This document shows positions 14,001 to 27,311 of a stretch of 64,000 bases of DNA, piece after piece. Position 1 is the stretch's first letter. Every line of letters starts with the position of its first letter. Below the pieces are notes generated by a model, which searched no databases, was not told where the DNA came from, and saw only the letters and a program-made list of their open reading frames with translations. The position numbers were made by a program, and so were the translations under genes. Source of the stretch: Ascidiella aspersa (Eukaryota); the NCBI GenBank assembly GCA_963924565.1, contig OZ004610.1, forward strand, positions 9,424,001 to 9,488,000. Reading direction: 5' to 3'.

Positions 14001-17000
14001 GAGGCGTTTCAGTTTTCCAGTATTTGAATTTAAGTTGTTTTTTAACTTATAAGGACAGCTTTTGACGCATCCTTTGGCCACCCTACTCAAGTAGCCCAAT
14101 CAACTGCGCACCGTTTTGCATGTAGCTGCCAAATAAGTTAGGTATGACTCACCGACAAGGCGCACTTCCGCGCCACTCTGTTGTTTCGCGGCCATCGTCG
14201 ATGCAAAACCGCCATTACCGGAATACGATGTTGCGTTTTTGGCGCTGAATGAACTGCCCGCATTCAACCCTTTGATGTTACCTTGCTGTGTTTTTTAGGG
14301 AAGCGGCGGCTAATTAAACGCATCTACCTCTCTGATAAGTGTAAGTTTACACGTTGTTCAACCTTCGAACCAACACAAAACTGCGATATCTGTCATGAAA
14401 CCTTAAATGGACATCGCAGAGATGTATTTTCGTGCAGCACTAGGATGCTAATAAACAATTTTTTATCGCTAGACGAAAAGCTAGGCGTTTAGATTATTAT
14501 CGTCCCAGTTTAATCCTGTTGTTAGGGCAAGTTAAATCGTTGCGACAAATTAAATATATTCTAGGATGCATAAAACTCCATAAACATATCTATAAAAGTG
14601 CGTATCTTTATGGAATAGAAAACTATTGGTAGCCGGTTTCTGCTTGTCGATTACTGTTCCGCTGACCCGTATATAAACGAATAAAACTCAAAGTTTAAAA
14701 ACCTGAGTAAAAGCAATGAATCTTCATTCGAATTAAGAATCAAACATTTTGTTAAGGAATATTTATTTCGCCTGTACTGACATCGTCAGTTCCTTAATTC
14801 GAATGAAGATACATTGGTTTTACCCAGGTTTTTAAACTTGGTTTTACTCAGGTTTTTAAACAAGTGAATATAGACCGTTATGCTGCAGATATGCCAAAAC
14901 AGCAAAAACGTATTTACTTCGCGTTTCCACCTAAAAGTACAGAATTTAAAGGAATAGAAAGCGTTTTACCCACTCCAGCTGCAGTGTGGCACCTCTAAAT
15001 AACAGTTCATCCTTACTCTGACAATAATACCAAATTTCCCTTCTTCCTTTCTAGTGTCAAGGTGTGCGCGCTCAACCATATCGGCTGCGGCGAGTTCAGC
15101 GAGACAACCGAGATCCGCACGAGGGCGCTACCACCAGAGCCTCCTGTCCTTACTTGTGTCCAAGCCACTGCAAGCTCACTGAAGCTTAAGTGGAGCGACC
15201 TGGGCGACGTACGCTACCTGCTACAGATGCGTGACAAGAATGGAAGGTAAGGGTATTGTTTGTTTTTTTTGGCGCGTCTTTATTTAAGTTTTTCGTTTTG
15301 GGGTAACCTTGACAAAGAAACGAGATGGACAAAGCCTTTCAAATTGTTTGGATTTTGACTTTTGGTTGTAAATGTCACATTGTGTGATTGTTGTTTTGTC
15401 ATTAATTAATTGTGGGTTAAATTTGTCGGTTTTGAAAATGGTATTATTGAAATCCACGGGGTTCCTCAAAAGAGGCATCCCTAAAAAGTAAACTCCTGAA
15501 CTACGGAGTAGCATTGATTTCTAGGGATGGTTTGTTACTAACTTCGTGATAAATATATTTTTTACGCTAGTTGATTTTTGTAAGTATAGGTGCGTTTTAC
15601 CTCTTAATGTCTTTGGATTGTGTTCGAATGGTTTCTTATAAACGCCGGGTCCCCTGCACGAACCTCAACTCATATAAAACTGTATACTGGAAACACACTT
15701 CAAAATTCGCACTTGTCAAGCATATGGTCTCCGTATCAGTCCAATATCGTATAAACTCTTTGTCTTTTCTAGAGTCATTGCCTTGCTTCAATCCTTTTTG
15801 GGTAATCTTCCCTGACTCACCTTAAATGCCAATTTAACAAAGCGATCCAGTTGTAGTGAAATGGACTGGTGTATTAGTGTCTTGCTTGCCTCAACAAAAT
15901 TAACCTTGAGACAAAATAATCATTTCATTTCGACACGTAAGTGCTGGTTTAAACCCAATTTTAAGGATTGGTCCCGAAACGCCGCCGTCTGAGGCAAAGC
16001 CGCCATTCCGAAAGAGACAAGTTGCCACGTGAAAGCGCAAAAAAATCTCGTTATCCTTGTGCAATGTTGTGATTCTTCTAAACCGCGTATTCGCCTTTCG
16101 TCGAATTGCTAAGCTGCTTTGATCACGCTCGGCCGATTTAGGCCCGCAGTCTGGTTTCTACTTGCCCTCGGGCATGAAAACATATGGGTTCCGCTAGCCT
16201 GGAGGATAAAATACCAGTATTTCCGCATGGATATTTTAAATATTACACAGACTTCTCGGCTTTACTGTTCTTTTGTGCGGACCCGCTAAACGTGCGCCCG
16301 ACTTTAACCAACTCGCTGTGTTGAGCATAGAATGCTGTTGTGGGACAGTTCGTTTTTAAGAATAACTTTATTTAACTGATGCTGGTTTTGTAGATTAAGC
16401 AATACTGACTAGGCATGCCCAAAACTTAAAAAAACATGCAATGGTAATGTTTTTCAGGTTAATTGTTTGAAGTTCGCTTTTTCGTTTAGACTCTAAACTT
16501 TAGAGGCATATTTCTATGATTTTAATTATATAAAAACTTACCTTTTAATGTAGAAAAGTCTACGTAAACTTCAAACTAATCGTATATCGCAAATTAAATT
16601 GATATCGTATGGATATCAAAATCCCCCAAATATAAGTACCGATACTATCACTTGGTATCGAGTATCGAATATCGGCTTCGATCCGATAACTATCTAATAT
16701 CACTATTGCTGGCCCCTCAACCAACGCAAAACTCTTAAAGACACAAACAACGTGAGCATACAACAAAGCAATAGAAAAATATATAGAAAAAGCAATTCCG
16801 GTCGTGTAGCATCTTTTGAAAAACAACCCTTTGTTACGTCACAGATACAGCACGCCTTACCGCGGCTCGAGCTCGTCGCATCGCGTGCATCGCCTGGCCG
16901 AAGACTCCACCTACCGCTTCCGCATTAACGCAAGCAACAGCGCAGGCGAGGGCCACTTCTCCGCCGATTACTCTTTCTCCACCGTCAGACAGATGCCGCC

Positions 17001-19750
17001 CGTCATCGAAGGTCGGTATATTTCAGTGGATGTTAAACTTTCATTACTGCGGACCCCGAGAAATGTTTATTGCTTCGCGTATGCCAGGGTAGGCAAGAAT
17101 TTTTAGAGATGACGTCATAAATTGATGTTACATTGCAAATAGACGTCAGAAATCTGCTGTTGCCGGTCAAAAATTGTGAAAGTAAAACAGAGTATAAAAC
17201 ATTCAGTGCACTAACCTTATTAACGTGCATGAGTGAACAGTGAACACATCCGTGATTATCTTTCTCATATTGAATTTATTATGCGGCCTGAATTTTAATA
17301 GGCTACAAAGGCCTGCTTCAAAGTTTCATGGTATTTTTTAAAGCTTCAGGCCGTCTTTTCAAACATATTTAGTGCCATTTAACCCTTGTGTTTTATATGC
17401 CGCTTTATTTACCAACAGCACATGTAAAAAACGCAAAAAATATTTGGTTAAAAGTGATCCGCGATATTGCAAACCCACACGAGTCATTTTTTTCTAATTT
17501 TTAGCCCTTGTTCGACCTACGCAACCTTTGACAGGTTGCACAAAAAAAGCTCTTACTTGAATACCGAACACTTTAAAGTTAAGCGTGGAAATTTCCTAAT
17601 TGAAACACGACGTCATGTATGACATCACGGCGAAACCTGGTGCTTTTGACTGACCGCATTGGGTATTGTAGCATCGACGAATGGGTTCACACATACTTGA
17701 CAAAATCCAGTTCGCGAGTTGTGAGTTAGGAACAACGCGTATCTTTATCAATACTAGGCCCTAAATCACTCGTTGAACCATACTACAAAACGACCCGGTA
17801 TACAAGTTGCCCTTTGGTTCTCTTAAAATAACAAGGTTATCATCACTGGACCTCTTTGTATAGCAGAAAAACGATCATAGACGTGTGTGGGCGGTTACAC
17901 ATTGCCCACGTCTGCGGTTTGAAATTGGACTCCTGGCCAAAGGCCAAGCGCCGCGTGGTTTCTTGTGTATTTTTCTCAAAAGCCGGTTTCCGTAATCGAC
18001 CCGTTCCAGGCAATTCGCGGTTGCTTTCATCTACTTTTACAGATCACGCTCTTCCTAAACTGAACATTCGTTTTGATTACGCTCGTGTATAAGCTGCGTT
18101 GTGGAATGACGATCCCGCGCCGCAAACATCTTATCCTGGGTGGCCGTGTTTGGGAGTTTATTCCTATCTATTTTAGGCCGGTTTACATGGCCTTTACAAA
18201 ATAGGCTATAGTACCTTTTTCCGTTTTCCCGCTGCTAGCCAACCAAAAAAAATAGAAAAAGGTAAAGAGAAGATATTTTGAAGTTGAGACTGGCTGAAAA
18301 GTGAAAAAAATAAGTAGTAAAAAAGGCGAAAAACATCCAAAAATGAGCCTGGCGCTCCAAGATCGCCTGTATTTATTCTGCACTGACAGCTGAACTCCCA
18401 CTTGGCTCTGCCAAATACAAGTTCAACATTACCGGGTGGTCTTTTATTTAGTCTTGGCTTCATAAACGCTTTCGCAAATCCCGTATAGAAAAGCACGGTA
18501 AATGATAATCCGAGTTGTGCTCCAGCTGGGCTTAAGTTTAAGTTCATTGCGCCCAACATACAGCAATGTATAGGCTTTGTTGTGACTAGAAAACTTTTTC
18601 AAATGTATTTAGAGTTATTGTAGCAGTATATTTTAATAAGCCTTTGCAGAGATATTTACCGAATTGTTTTGGTCCCAAAAAACAACGTTGAAAAGCCACC
18701 ACCTGAATGTACAATACATATTGTCCGCTGTACTTACACTTTGCCTTGCTTCCCCACAGCTCCCGTTGCGAGTTCGATCGAGCCGAGTTCGTGTGAGGTC
18801 AGCTGGCAGAAGGTCGACCCAATTAAAGGCGATCCAATGCAGTACAGGCTGCTCTTGGAGAAGATCGACGACCCCTCATCCAGAACTGTAAGCCGAACTC
18901 TTTGTTTGTGTGTTGTGTGTGTGTGGTATGTGATAGTCTTAACGTAAAGCAAGAATGGATAGGCGCGATATGACGGATTGCTAGTAACCGCCGACCGTAA
19001 TACTGTATTAAAACAGGTTCGATAAAGATTATTTTAACCCATTTCGCATCTATAGTTTACTGTTAAAGGCTACCCGGTTGTCAGAGAAAAACAGTTATGG
19101 TCCCCCATTTTACGAGACAATTCAGTCACCCAATACCTATAAAGGTTGGGTTTACCAGTCATTTACGTCGGTGGGCGGCGCAGGCAAAGCGTTCTACACG
19201 GTTTATTAATAATAATAAACTATTTCAACCGATGCAGGAGCACACGTGCGTCGACACCAGCTACCACCTTGACCGACTCTCGCCCGGCACCAACTACAGG
19301 ATGCGCGTGGCCACAGTGCGCAGCTACCTAGCCCAGCACCACAACACGACCAGCAGTAACAGCAGTCGGAGTAGCAACAGCGGCGCCTCGGCGGCCGATG
19401 ACAGCAGCTCTACGTCGAGCGACGCCCCCGACGAGGGCGTCAGCTACCTGCAGTCGGATTTCAGCGCCTCATGCACCTTCGCAACACCTGAGAGCGACAT
19501 CGGCGCCGTCGAAAGCGACGAAATACCGCGTTTGACGCCCAAAGTTGCCCCGCCGCCTGCCGTCAAGGGCGACGCCCAGGCCATTGTCGGCGCTATCGAC
19601 AACGTCGCCGAGCACTCTTGTGAGGAGGCGTCGGCGCTGTACAGCCTCGAGTCGATTTCCGACAACAAGCTGTCGGCAATTTGGCTCGCCGTCTATCTCC
19701 TTAGTGCAATATTGATGGCCTTCGCCGCGCAGTCTTACTTCGTCAAGTAA
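2009..19750 (+). CDS. FNDC3: Fibronectin type III domain-containing protein 3 (FNDC3A/B-like), 3' portion; 5' exons lie upstream of the window
   Basis: Ten GT-AG exons join in one frame with consistent phases: 2009-2140, 3557-3715, 5794-5972, 8133-8246, 11166-11315, 13074-13459, 15055-15246, 16845-17011, 18760-18887, 19238-19750. They encode tandem FN3 repeats (W.aP.dnGgs.i..Y, L.PgT.Y.frV.a.N..G.g..S), then a linker and a C-terminal hydrophobic tail anchor (LSAIWLAVYLLSAILMAFAAQSYFVK*), the FNDC3 architecture. Confidence 0.9.
6075..6345. repeat. Degenerate (GTT/GCT)n low-complexity tract
   Basis: Repeated gttgctgtt units in an FNDC3 intron. Confidence 0.7.
8862..9156. mobile_element. Non-autonomous hAT MITE in FNDC3 intron
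   Basis: TIRs cagtggttctc / gagaaccactg with a perfect 8-bp TSD ccctagat. Confidence 0.9.
14690..14877. mobile_element. Inverted-repeat MITE-like element in FNDC3 intron
   Basis: gtttaaaaacctgagtaaaa...tcttcattcgaattaag is mirrored by cttaattcgaatgaaga...ttttactcaggtttttaaac. Confidence 0.65.
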
Positions 19751-21890
19751 ACAGGCCAACCAAGTTGTTGTCTTTTCCAAGTCTGCATTGCTGGGTCACG
19801 TTTTGTAGGGTTTAGCCTAAAGATATGTCCGCAGCCGGTTTGAGTCGCCCATTCGAAGTTTTATTGCTGTCCACATATACATAACACGGGAGGCAGCACC
19901 CTCAAAATCCAATAACCTAGTTCCCATCAACTAACTTACTTTCTTATTGTTATGTCCGAGCCGTTCATTTCCAAACGGAACCTGCCCCGTTTTATTTATC
20001 CGAAGATTTATTGTTGTTCGACGTAGACGTGCTTCAGAGTTTATTGTAAGCGGTTGGTTTTCCACAGATCTTTACATTTTTATCGTTTTAAAGCGTCGTT
20101 GTTGTGTTGCTGTTGGCTGGCCTGCGAGTGACTGCCAACTAATAGGTTTAAAGTCCACCAGTGAGTTTTTTTGTGTACATTGCTTCGCTCGGCCCGAAAA
20201 GTAACCGGGCTCTTTTTCCCCGCAAGTGTTTTCCCGAGGCCGCGCCACTTGTTTTTAACGTCCCCAACTGAACATCCTTCTGTTGCCTCAGCTGATCGGA
20301 CCAAAATTGCTTCCGTGCCGACAAGCCTATTTTTGCCGCCACACCTTCTGTATTGCATTCTCTTTGAGTTTTTAAGTGTGACTCGCCCTTCTCGTTTCTG
20401 TCAGATGTACGCCCCAAATATAACGACGAAACCAAAGCGACGAGCACGGCAACGCGACGTTCTATCTTTTCCCAATTTTGTTTCATTTTCGCCTTATCAG
20501 CATATATTCGCCACCCCTCCACTTGTACCAAAATCGTCGTTGTCGTCAAGATAGAAGAAAACAACTTGTTACATCACTGTAAGTAGATCCGGAGCAGCAG
20601 AGGTGCTATTTCTCTCACACACTCTCTTCTCTCGCGCCCGCCATTTTTTCTGTTGCCCTCTCTTTTTTCTCTCTCTTGCTTTGTCCATACGTGGCGTTCT
20701 TCGCCGCCGCTCTGGGTTTGGGCTCAATACACCGACAGTCCACGAGCTTTACGTTATAACATCCTCTGTACAACAAGCGCCATGTTTTATTTTATAACTT
20801 CTTGTTGAGTGACCGTGCGCTTTTTTCGCGCGCGTTTATCTATGTGTGATTGTTACGGATGATGTTTGTTTGAAAGTGAGAAATGTGACCAAAGGTGCTA
20901 CGCTTGTTCCCTTGTTGTTGTTTTTTTTGCTTTACCTTGCCTCGTCGCTTGCTGTCCGGTTTTAGCGTGCCCGATCCTTTACTCGTTAAAAATAGTATAT
21001 ATATAATTATCGACGATATTTAGGCGACTTCTTTGCAGCAAAACCTTTTTTGAATAGATTAACCCGTTTATCATTTGTCAAATTAGTTACGCGCAAATTT
21101 CCCCGACTGCAAACAATCTCTCGTGTTTTTATGCCTATTGTTGAGTTACGCAAAGTCTCCTTACCGACCCACGTAAATCTTTACATTCTTACATTACATC
21201 GCCTTAACACTTTTCCAAAGCGGGGCTTTTTTCGCAAGATTGAAGATGCCTTTTCTTGATTTTACTGACGTTAGTTATTTTCGCAGCGTACTGGTTCAAC
21301 CAGACTGCACCACAAAGTTTCCTAACTATATATTGTCACACATAGCCTTTATCACACGCAGTGTAGAGAGTAGAGATTTTAGGATAAAAATAACTATCTA
21401 TATCGTCTGGTTTTGTCTGTACATACAAAGTATATAATATTTAACGTAGACATACTCTACGATTTGTTTCCGTAGTACAAACCTGAGTGCAATAGTTTAG
21501 CTGGAACGCGCCATCAACAGAAACAACGACAAAAAACAACAACAAATCGTCACTGCGCTCATTTTCACAGCCAGTTCGCGATTGCGCACTTTAGCTTTTG
21601 AAATCACCGTTGCCAAATTTGGAGCCTTGAAGCGTGTTGGTTTTTCCGAGGCCAACTTCATTTCGCTGCGCTTTCGCTCGCTTTGTAAATTCCCACTCTC
21701 GCCTTTTGAGACTGCCCCATGTAGCTCGTTTCGTGCTTGAGTCGACGGCCGTGTCCCTCATCTTTTTCACGCATCGTTTTCCTCTTTTTTTGCCCCCCAC
21801 CGCTTCACCCAGCCCCCTTGTGCATTCTGCATTCTACAGTGTATTGCCATGTACTGATACCGTATCAATAAAACCATATAAATATATATA
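19751..21890 (+). other. Probable long 3' UTR of FNDC3 ending near AATAAA at 21867-21872
   Basis: Pyrimidine-rich tract after the stop with no obvious transposon insertions, ending at AATAAA followed by an AT-rich intergenic shift. The end point is inferred. Confidence 0.5.
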
Positions 21891-22935
21891 CACTGCCGCC
21901 TCGTGCTCTTTGACTAGCCTGGACGTTGGTAAAGTTTTTGTTATTAAGGAGCTACTATTTGTACTATAGTTTATAAGTTACGAGTTCCTTAAAATATAAA
22001 ATTTATTGGAAAAATTATTATAAATTTCCTGTTATGCTTGGGTTTTTACGCTTCATTCAGCTGAAAGCTGATAGTCAGTTTCGACAGTTTGTAAAACTCC
22101 TAAACCAGCGAGTAGTAGGGTTCAGGGCGGGTAATCTGCTTTCAAGCTTCAAGTCTTATCTTAATAAACGTGAGTGTGAAATATTTTGTAACCGTTAAAT
22201 GATTTCACAAGAAAGCTTACTTACTTCTGTGCTGTAAGCTTGCATTCAAATAGTTTAATTACAGTCCTAACACATAAATAAATCTATAGAAATTAATTTA
22301 TCGGCTGTTTTGTATAACACGGAAGAGGGCGTGTTTTGGGGGTTTGCATTTCACCCAGTTTCCACAGAGAAGATGGCAGCAAGTTCAATAAATTTATGTT
22401 TTGTTTGTTTATAGTTAAACGATTAAACGATACGCACAACAAGACGCATTTATTAAAATATGCTAACTTGTTTTGAACTATTTGATGGAAATGCGTAACG
22501 ATAGCCACATTATGATGTCATAAAATGAAAATAATATACTAGTACTGTTTTTGTAGTTTTTAGTTACTTTTACGACGTAGTCTCAAAATATATTGCAGTT
22601 CGGTTAGTGCAGTCTTACAACGAACTATTCCTTTTGGATAAAAAGTAAACAATATACTGAAAAAAGAAAACAAACCAGGAGTCGACTTTCAAAAAGATCG
22701 TTTTGGTAAATAAGTATAAAAAAATTACAGTTGCCTGAAAATAGATTTATTATTTTTTAATATAATATATATTCATTTATACTTTCTTTACTCATTTATA
22801 CTGTTCTTGTTTAGGTCATCAGTGTCCAGCGTATTTAACGTACAATAATAATACCATACCTACCAGAATTGCCGTTTGTTAGTGGTCGATCTATACAAAA
22901 CTTTTTAGACGAGCATAACAGTTGAAAACAATGCG

Positions 22936-25118
22936 ATGAGAAAGAATAACTTACCAAAGAAGGTATAGTTAGATGTTTAATATTTTCTGATACGGTACGG
23001 TATGTACATTTATAAAGGATCATTTATATTACAATTTTTTAGAAATTGTCACGCAAATATCTACACAAACCTGGGGGAAGCCAGACAAGGTCCCTTACCA
23101 CGATTCCGGATAAAGGTGAGTTGTTTGTATTATATCTCTAAGGATAATATAGGCTGTAAAACCAACTCTAAATTCTAGGACCATCTTTGATCTACAAAAC
23201 TCGATTTGACGTCGGCAGTGAGAAGTATCAAGAACGACAGGTTCACCGATCGGAAAACATGGCAAACGGTGAGCCGTAAAACTATATACTGTATTGTGAA
23301 AGTATAAGAAATAAAAATTTTATTACTACGTCCTATTTAAGCATTAAATCAGACCAGGCATAAATTGCAAGTTATGGCCTCTTGCTGGTAAAAAAAATTT
23401 AATTGCAGAACACTTAAACTTTGCTTTTTGTTACGAACTAGCACTTAACCTCACCTATTTGAGTTCATGTCTGCTGATATATTTTGTATTGCTGAATGCG
23501 TGTATTTTCAGGCGAAGCAGTGTCTTCGGCACGGAAACTACTGGATTACCAAAGCTATGCTTCGGAGAACCGAGCTACAAAGAGCGCGCCTGCGCTTTTC
23601 GACCACACTATTCCTAAAGCGGATTCAAAAATGGATTATGTTAATTCTACGATTGGATCTTTCAATCAGCAGTGGCTACCTATAAAACAACCCGAAGACT
23701 TAAGCACGCAGATTTCTCTTGTAACTGATGTTGTAAGAGAGGATACTAAGTTGAAAGAGTTGCGTCATGCATTGCTAAATGGGCCGAAGAAAAAAGCCAA
23801 GTTCAGTGCATTTCCAGTGTCAGATATTGATCGTTTGATTTCCAGCCGTTTTTTTGGTTTAACTGCTGATCAGCCCAGTTCACCAACAGATTTTATAGTC
23901 AACCCTAAATCTCCTCTGGGCCCTATAGTCGACCGGTCGTCTTGTTCTTCTTCTGTATCACAAATAGGTTTACTTAAAACGCCAGATCATAGTACAACGC
24001 TTAGCACTGACTTATCCTTAGAATACGAAAATTTTGACCAAATACCTTGCAATGCAAAAAACAATAATACAGCCATGCACGATTTAAATCACGCAATACG
24101 ATCTGGTCATGTAAGCGAGGATGTCTTGAACACAGTTGATGACGTGTTACCGCGAGCAGCAGTCTGCTCCGAAAGTACGATTCTGGCGGCTGAACTATCG
24201 AGCTCAGATGATATTGTAGACACTAATTCGAACAGAACAAGTCTCGACGATCTAAGTCACAGCAAAACCATGGAAGAAGTCGTTGTTTCTTGTTTGGAAA
24301 AGCCAGATGTCGAATCGCATACGACATACAAACGCAAAACTTCCTTACACGAGAAGCTTGAAGATGCTCATGGTAGCCCAACAGCGAAGTGTCTTGAGCG
24401 ACAGAATGCAGTGGATAGCAAAATACTGAAGGTTGTGAACAAGGGAACTTCTACAGATCGTGTTGAGGTTTCCGCAGCTGAAACACAAACTGAACAGATG
24501 GATGTATCCACCGTGGCCATCCAAACAGAGCCCCAAAACCAAGCAGTTTGGCATACGGAAGTCAATTGCCCTGCAAAAATTATCAAAACTCGTACCGTAT
24601 CAACTCAAACCGAGCCCATCGACTATCCGGATCACAAGTGTTTTTTAGGCAATGAGTATGAGATAGTCTTGCGAGATTATGGCAGGATTTTGTACCGAAG
24701 AATCACGACCGAGAAGGAGCTAGACTTTAGGGAAGTGTTGCACGCCAGTTTCAATATCTCGGGTCTATTTCCTACTCCCCCGAAAGGCGCCTCCCCCCGT
24801 AATGTATTACTTGATAACAAATCGACCAAACGTAGAGTTTCGGAGCAACCAAAAACGACCGTCGCGGCTTTGCCGGCGAAATCAATGCACCGCAAACCAA
24901 CCCGGCCGAAGCGAAGTAGTTTGAAGTTTAATGAACACAAGCCAAAAACCCAAAAACCCAAAACGAATACGGTCCGAGAAAGAAAGTCAGAAATGCCGCG
25001 GCGTGAAAAAGTGGAAGAAAATTCGGAGGATCACGACAAGTCTACGATTTTGGAGCAACTTCGTGCGCTTTTCGTTCGTATTCGAAGCAGACCGAAGAAG
25101 GATTTCGATTGTCTTTGA
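22936..25118 (+). CDS. Uncharacterised ~600 aa, probably disordered protein with clustered TQT/IQT motifs and a basic C-terminus
   Basis: Exons 22936-22962 (MRKNNLPKK), 23043-23115, 23179-23268 and 23512-25118 join in frame with phases 0,1,1 and canonical GT-AG. The last exon is the 540-aa ORF. S/T/D/E/K-rich, no domain recognised. Confidence 0.8.
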
Positions 25119-27311
25119 GTCATTTTAAAGTGACGTAAAAACTAAAGGATAAAAAGACGGTCGTACGATCAAATTGCATGTTCTGATTTGAGTAAATGCT
25201 TCAACAATATTCGTGTTTTGTACGCGTGTACATTGTTGACGTGTAGCCTATACAGTTTTTATTCAACTCAACATTTTCCCCACATTCTACATTGACGCAT
25301 TCAATATCTAACCTACATTATTTGTTATATTACAAAACTTTGCTGCTGGGTGGAACAAAACATTTTAATTTGTCAAGATAGGCAAACAATCTACTATAAT
25401 ATTTAGTTAGCTTGACAAATGGAAAGGCGCGACTGCTTTAAAGTTTAAGCCAGTGCTCCGCAACCTTTTTACAAAGCCTAATTTACGCAGTATACACATA
25501 GAAAAAAAAAGAAATACGCTATATGACAATTCACACATTTTATACATCTTTAGAATAAGGCAGCCTAGAGTAAAGAAGCGTTTTATGGTTAAAAGGCGGT
25601 TTGGGGTCAAAATTTTAATTTTTTTATATCAAATTTTGCAATATCCTGAAACATCACCCGTTTCTTAAAATCTGAGACTAACGGTGGTTCCCCGTATATA
25701 GCAGGTCAGGTTGGATTTAATAAAAATGAATTTTTAAAATTATGTGTTTCGCCGTGGTACACCTGTTGCGAAGCACATGTTAAAAATCAGTCATGTCTAA
25801 TAGACTATGTATTGATAGTATTGATATTACTACGTCTCAGTAATCCGCTTAAAATACTCAAAAGTTTAAACGTACTTCTACATACTTCTTCATGCAATGA
25901 ATTTATTCAGGCAATACATTTTTACAAGATTTTAACACGTAATCTTAGCAGTGGTCTGACAAAACACTTTTGCAATTTACATAAAAATATCTTCAAAAAT
26001 ATGACCTCTAAATTACCTTTAAAGGCGCATCCGACACAATATAGTTTTAGTGAATTAGTATAGGTAAGACACAGTTCGGATAGAGTGAAAAAAGTGCTTC
26101 GTTTAAGTGCAATCACATTACGTCATTATTCGGACACAATTTCGGCAGTATCTGATGAACACTGGGACACAATTCGAGTAAAATTTGACCTTGCAAAGGA
26201 TGCTTCTCAGTTCACAGTTACAGAAATAGGTAATTGAGCTTCTTTTGTTTGTAACTGGCGTTTATTGTTTGTTGCGTTCTGAAAAGTATAATAAAGATAT
26301 CAGATAAGTTACCAACAAAATAAAAAAATGTTTATGCAGCAGCAGCAATATTATTTCAAGAAGTAGTCACCAGCATAACGGCAAGCATAATACCACCTGA
26401 TGAAATAACAACACAGAAAAAAAAATTTTAAATAATTTTTAAAGTTGGCCAAATTGTATTGAGCGTTTACAAAATGAAATCTCGTTTAAACAGTTTTTTT
26501 GAAAACTTTGCTACATCACAAAACCAAAAAACATCAAACTACAAATTTTAAATCATCAAGTCATTTAAAAAGTCAGCAGTGGTTCTCAACCTGTGAATCG
26601 CGTATCACTAGTAGATTACGAAGCCCAGGTGCAATACGCGAGCAGCTTTTTAAACTTATAAGTAGGTTGCTAAACCTAGCGTGGATTTTAATATTATTGC
26701 GGCTGTCGTGAGGCATACCCTCTCTAGAATATTAAATCGATATATTCGAAAATTTGCGGCCAGCGCTTGGAGCAAAAGTTTTTTTTTAATTGATTATTTC
26801 GGTTTTGTATATAGGCATAAGTAAATAAAAAAACGGTTTTATTTGAAACCAGGTAATACACATCGAGAGTTCAAAATTATTAAGGAGCAAGGTTGTAAAT
26901 AAGTCATTTTGAAATGACTTAAGTCCCAGTCAAGTCATTTGTAAAAAAACTCAAATCCAAGTCAAGTCTTTTTGAATGAATAACTAGTCAATTCCAAGTC
27001 AAGTCCTTGTCATAAAAAATACACGTTTTCGACCGAACTATGAGCAATACCTCAACTAACACATACCAAAACCGCAATATACGGCAAGCAAGCTGTTGTA
27101 TATGAAAAAAATTAGAATAAATACAAAATTAAAAAAAGTGTTTATTGTTTTTAAAAAAAAAATGCTAAAACACTTTTCACCTAATTCATTTGTCTAGAAG
27201 ACTTAAAAGTCAAGTCAAGTTATTTTTCCCAAAAAGACTTAAGACAAGTCAAGCCATTTGAAACTAGCCCATGGAACAAAAAAGGCGGGTCAAACATCAC
27301 CTAAAAACCAA

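Noticed and set aside
19097-19237. In-frame N-terminal extension of the last FNDC3 exon
   Set aside because: The acceptor at 19237 gives a normal FN3 continuation, and the upstream open stretch is probably intronic. An alternative acceptor cannot be excluded.
19947-21969. Multiple 60-138 aa ORFs on both strands after the FNDC3 stop
   Set aside because: No domain-like content or splice structure. Consistent with 3' UTR.
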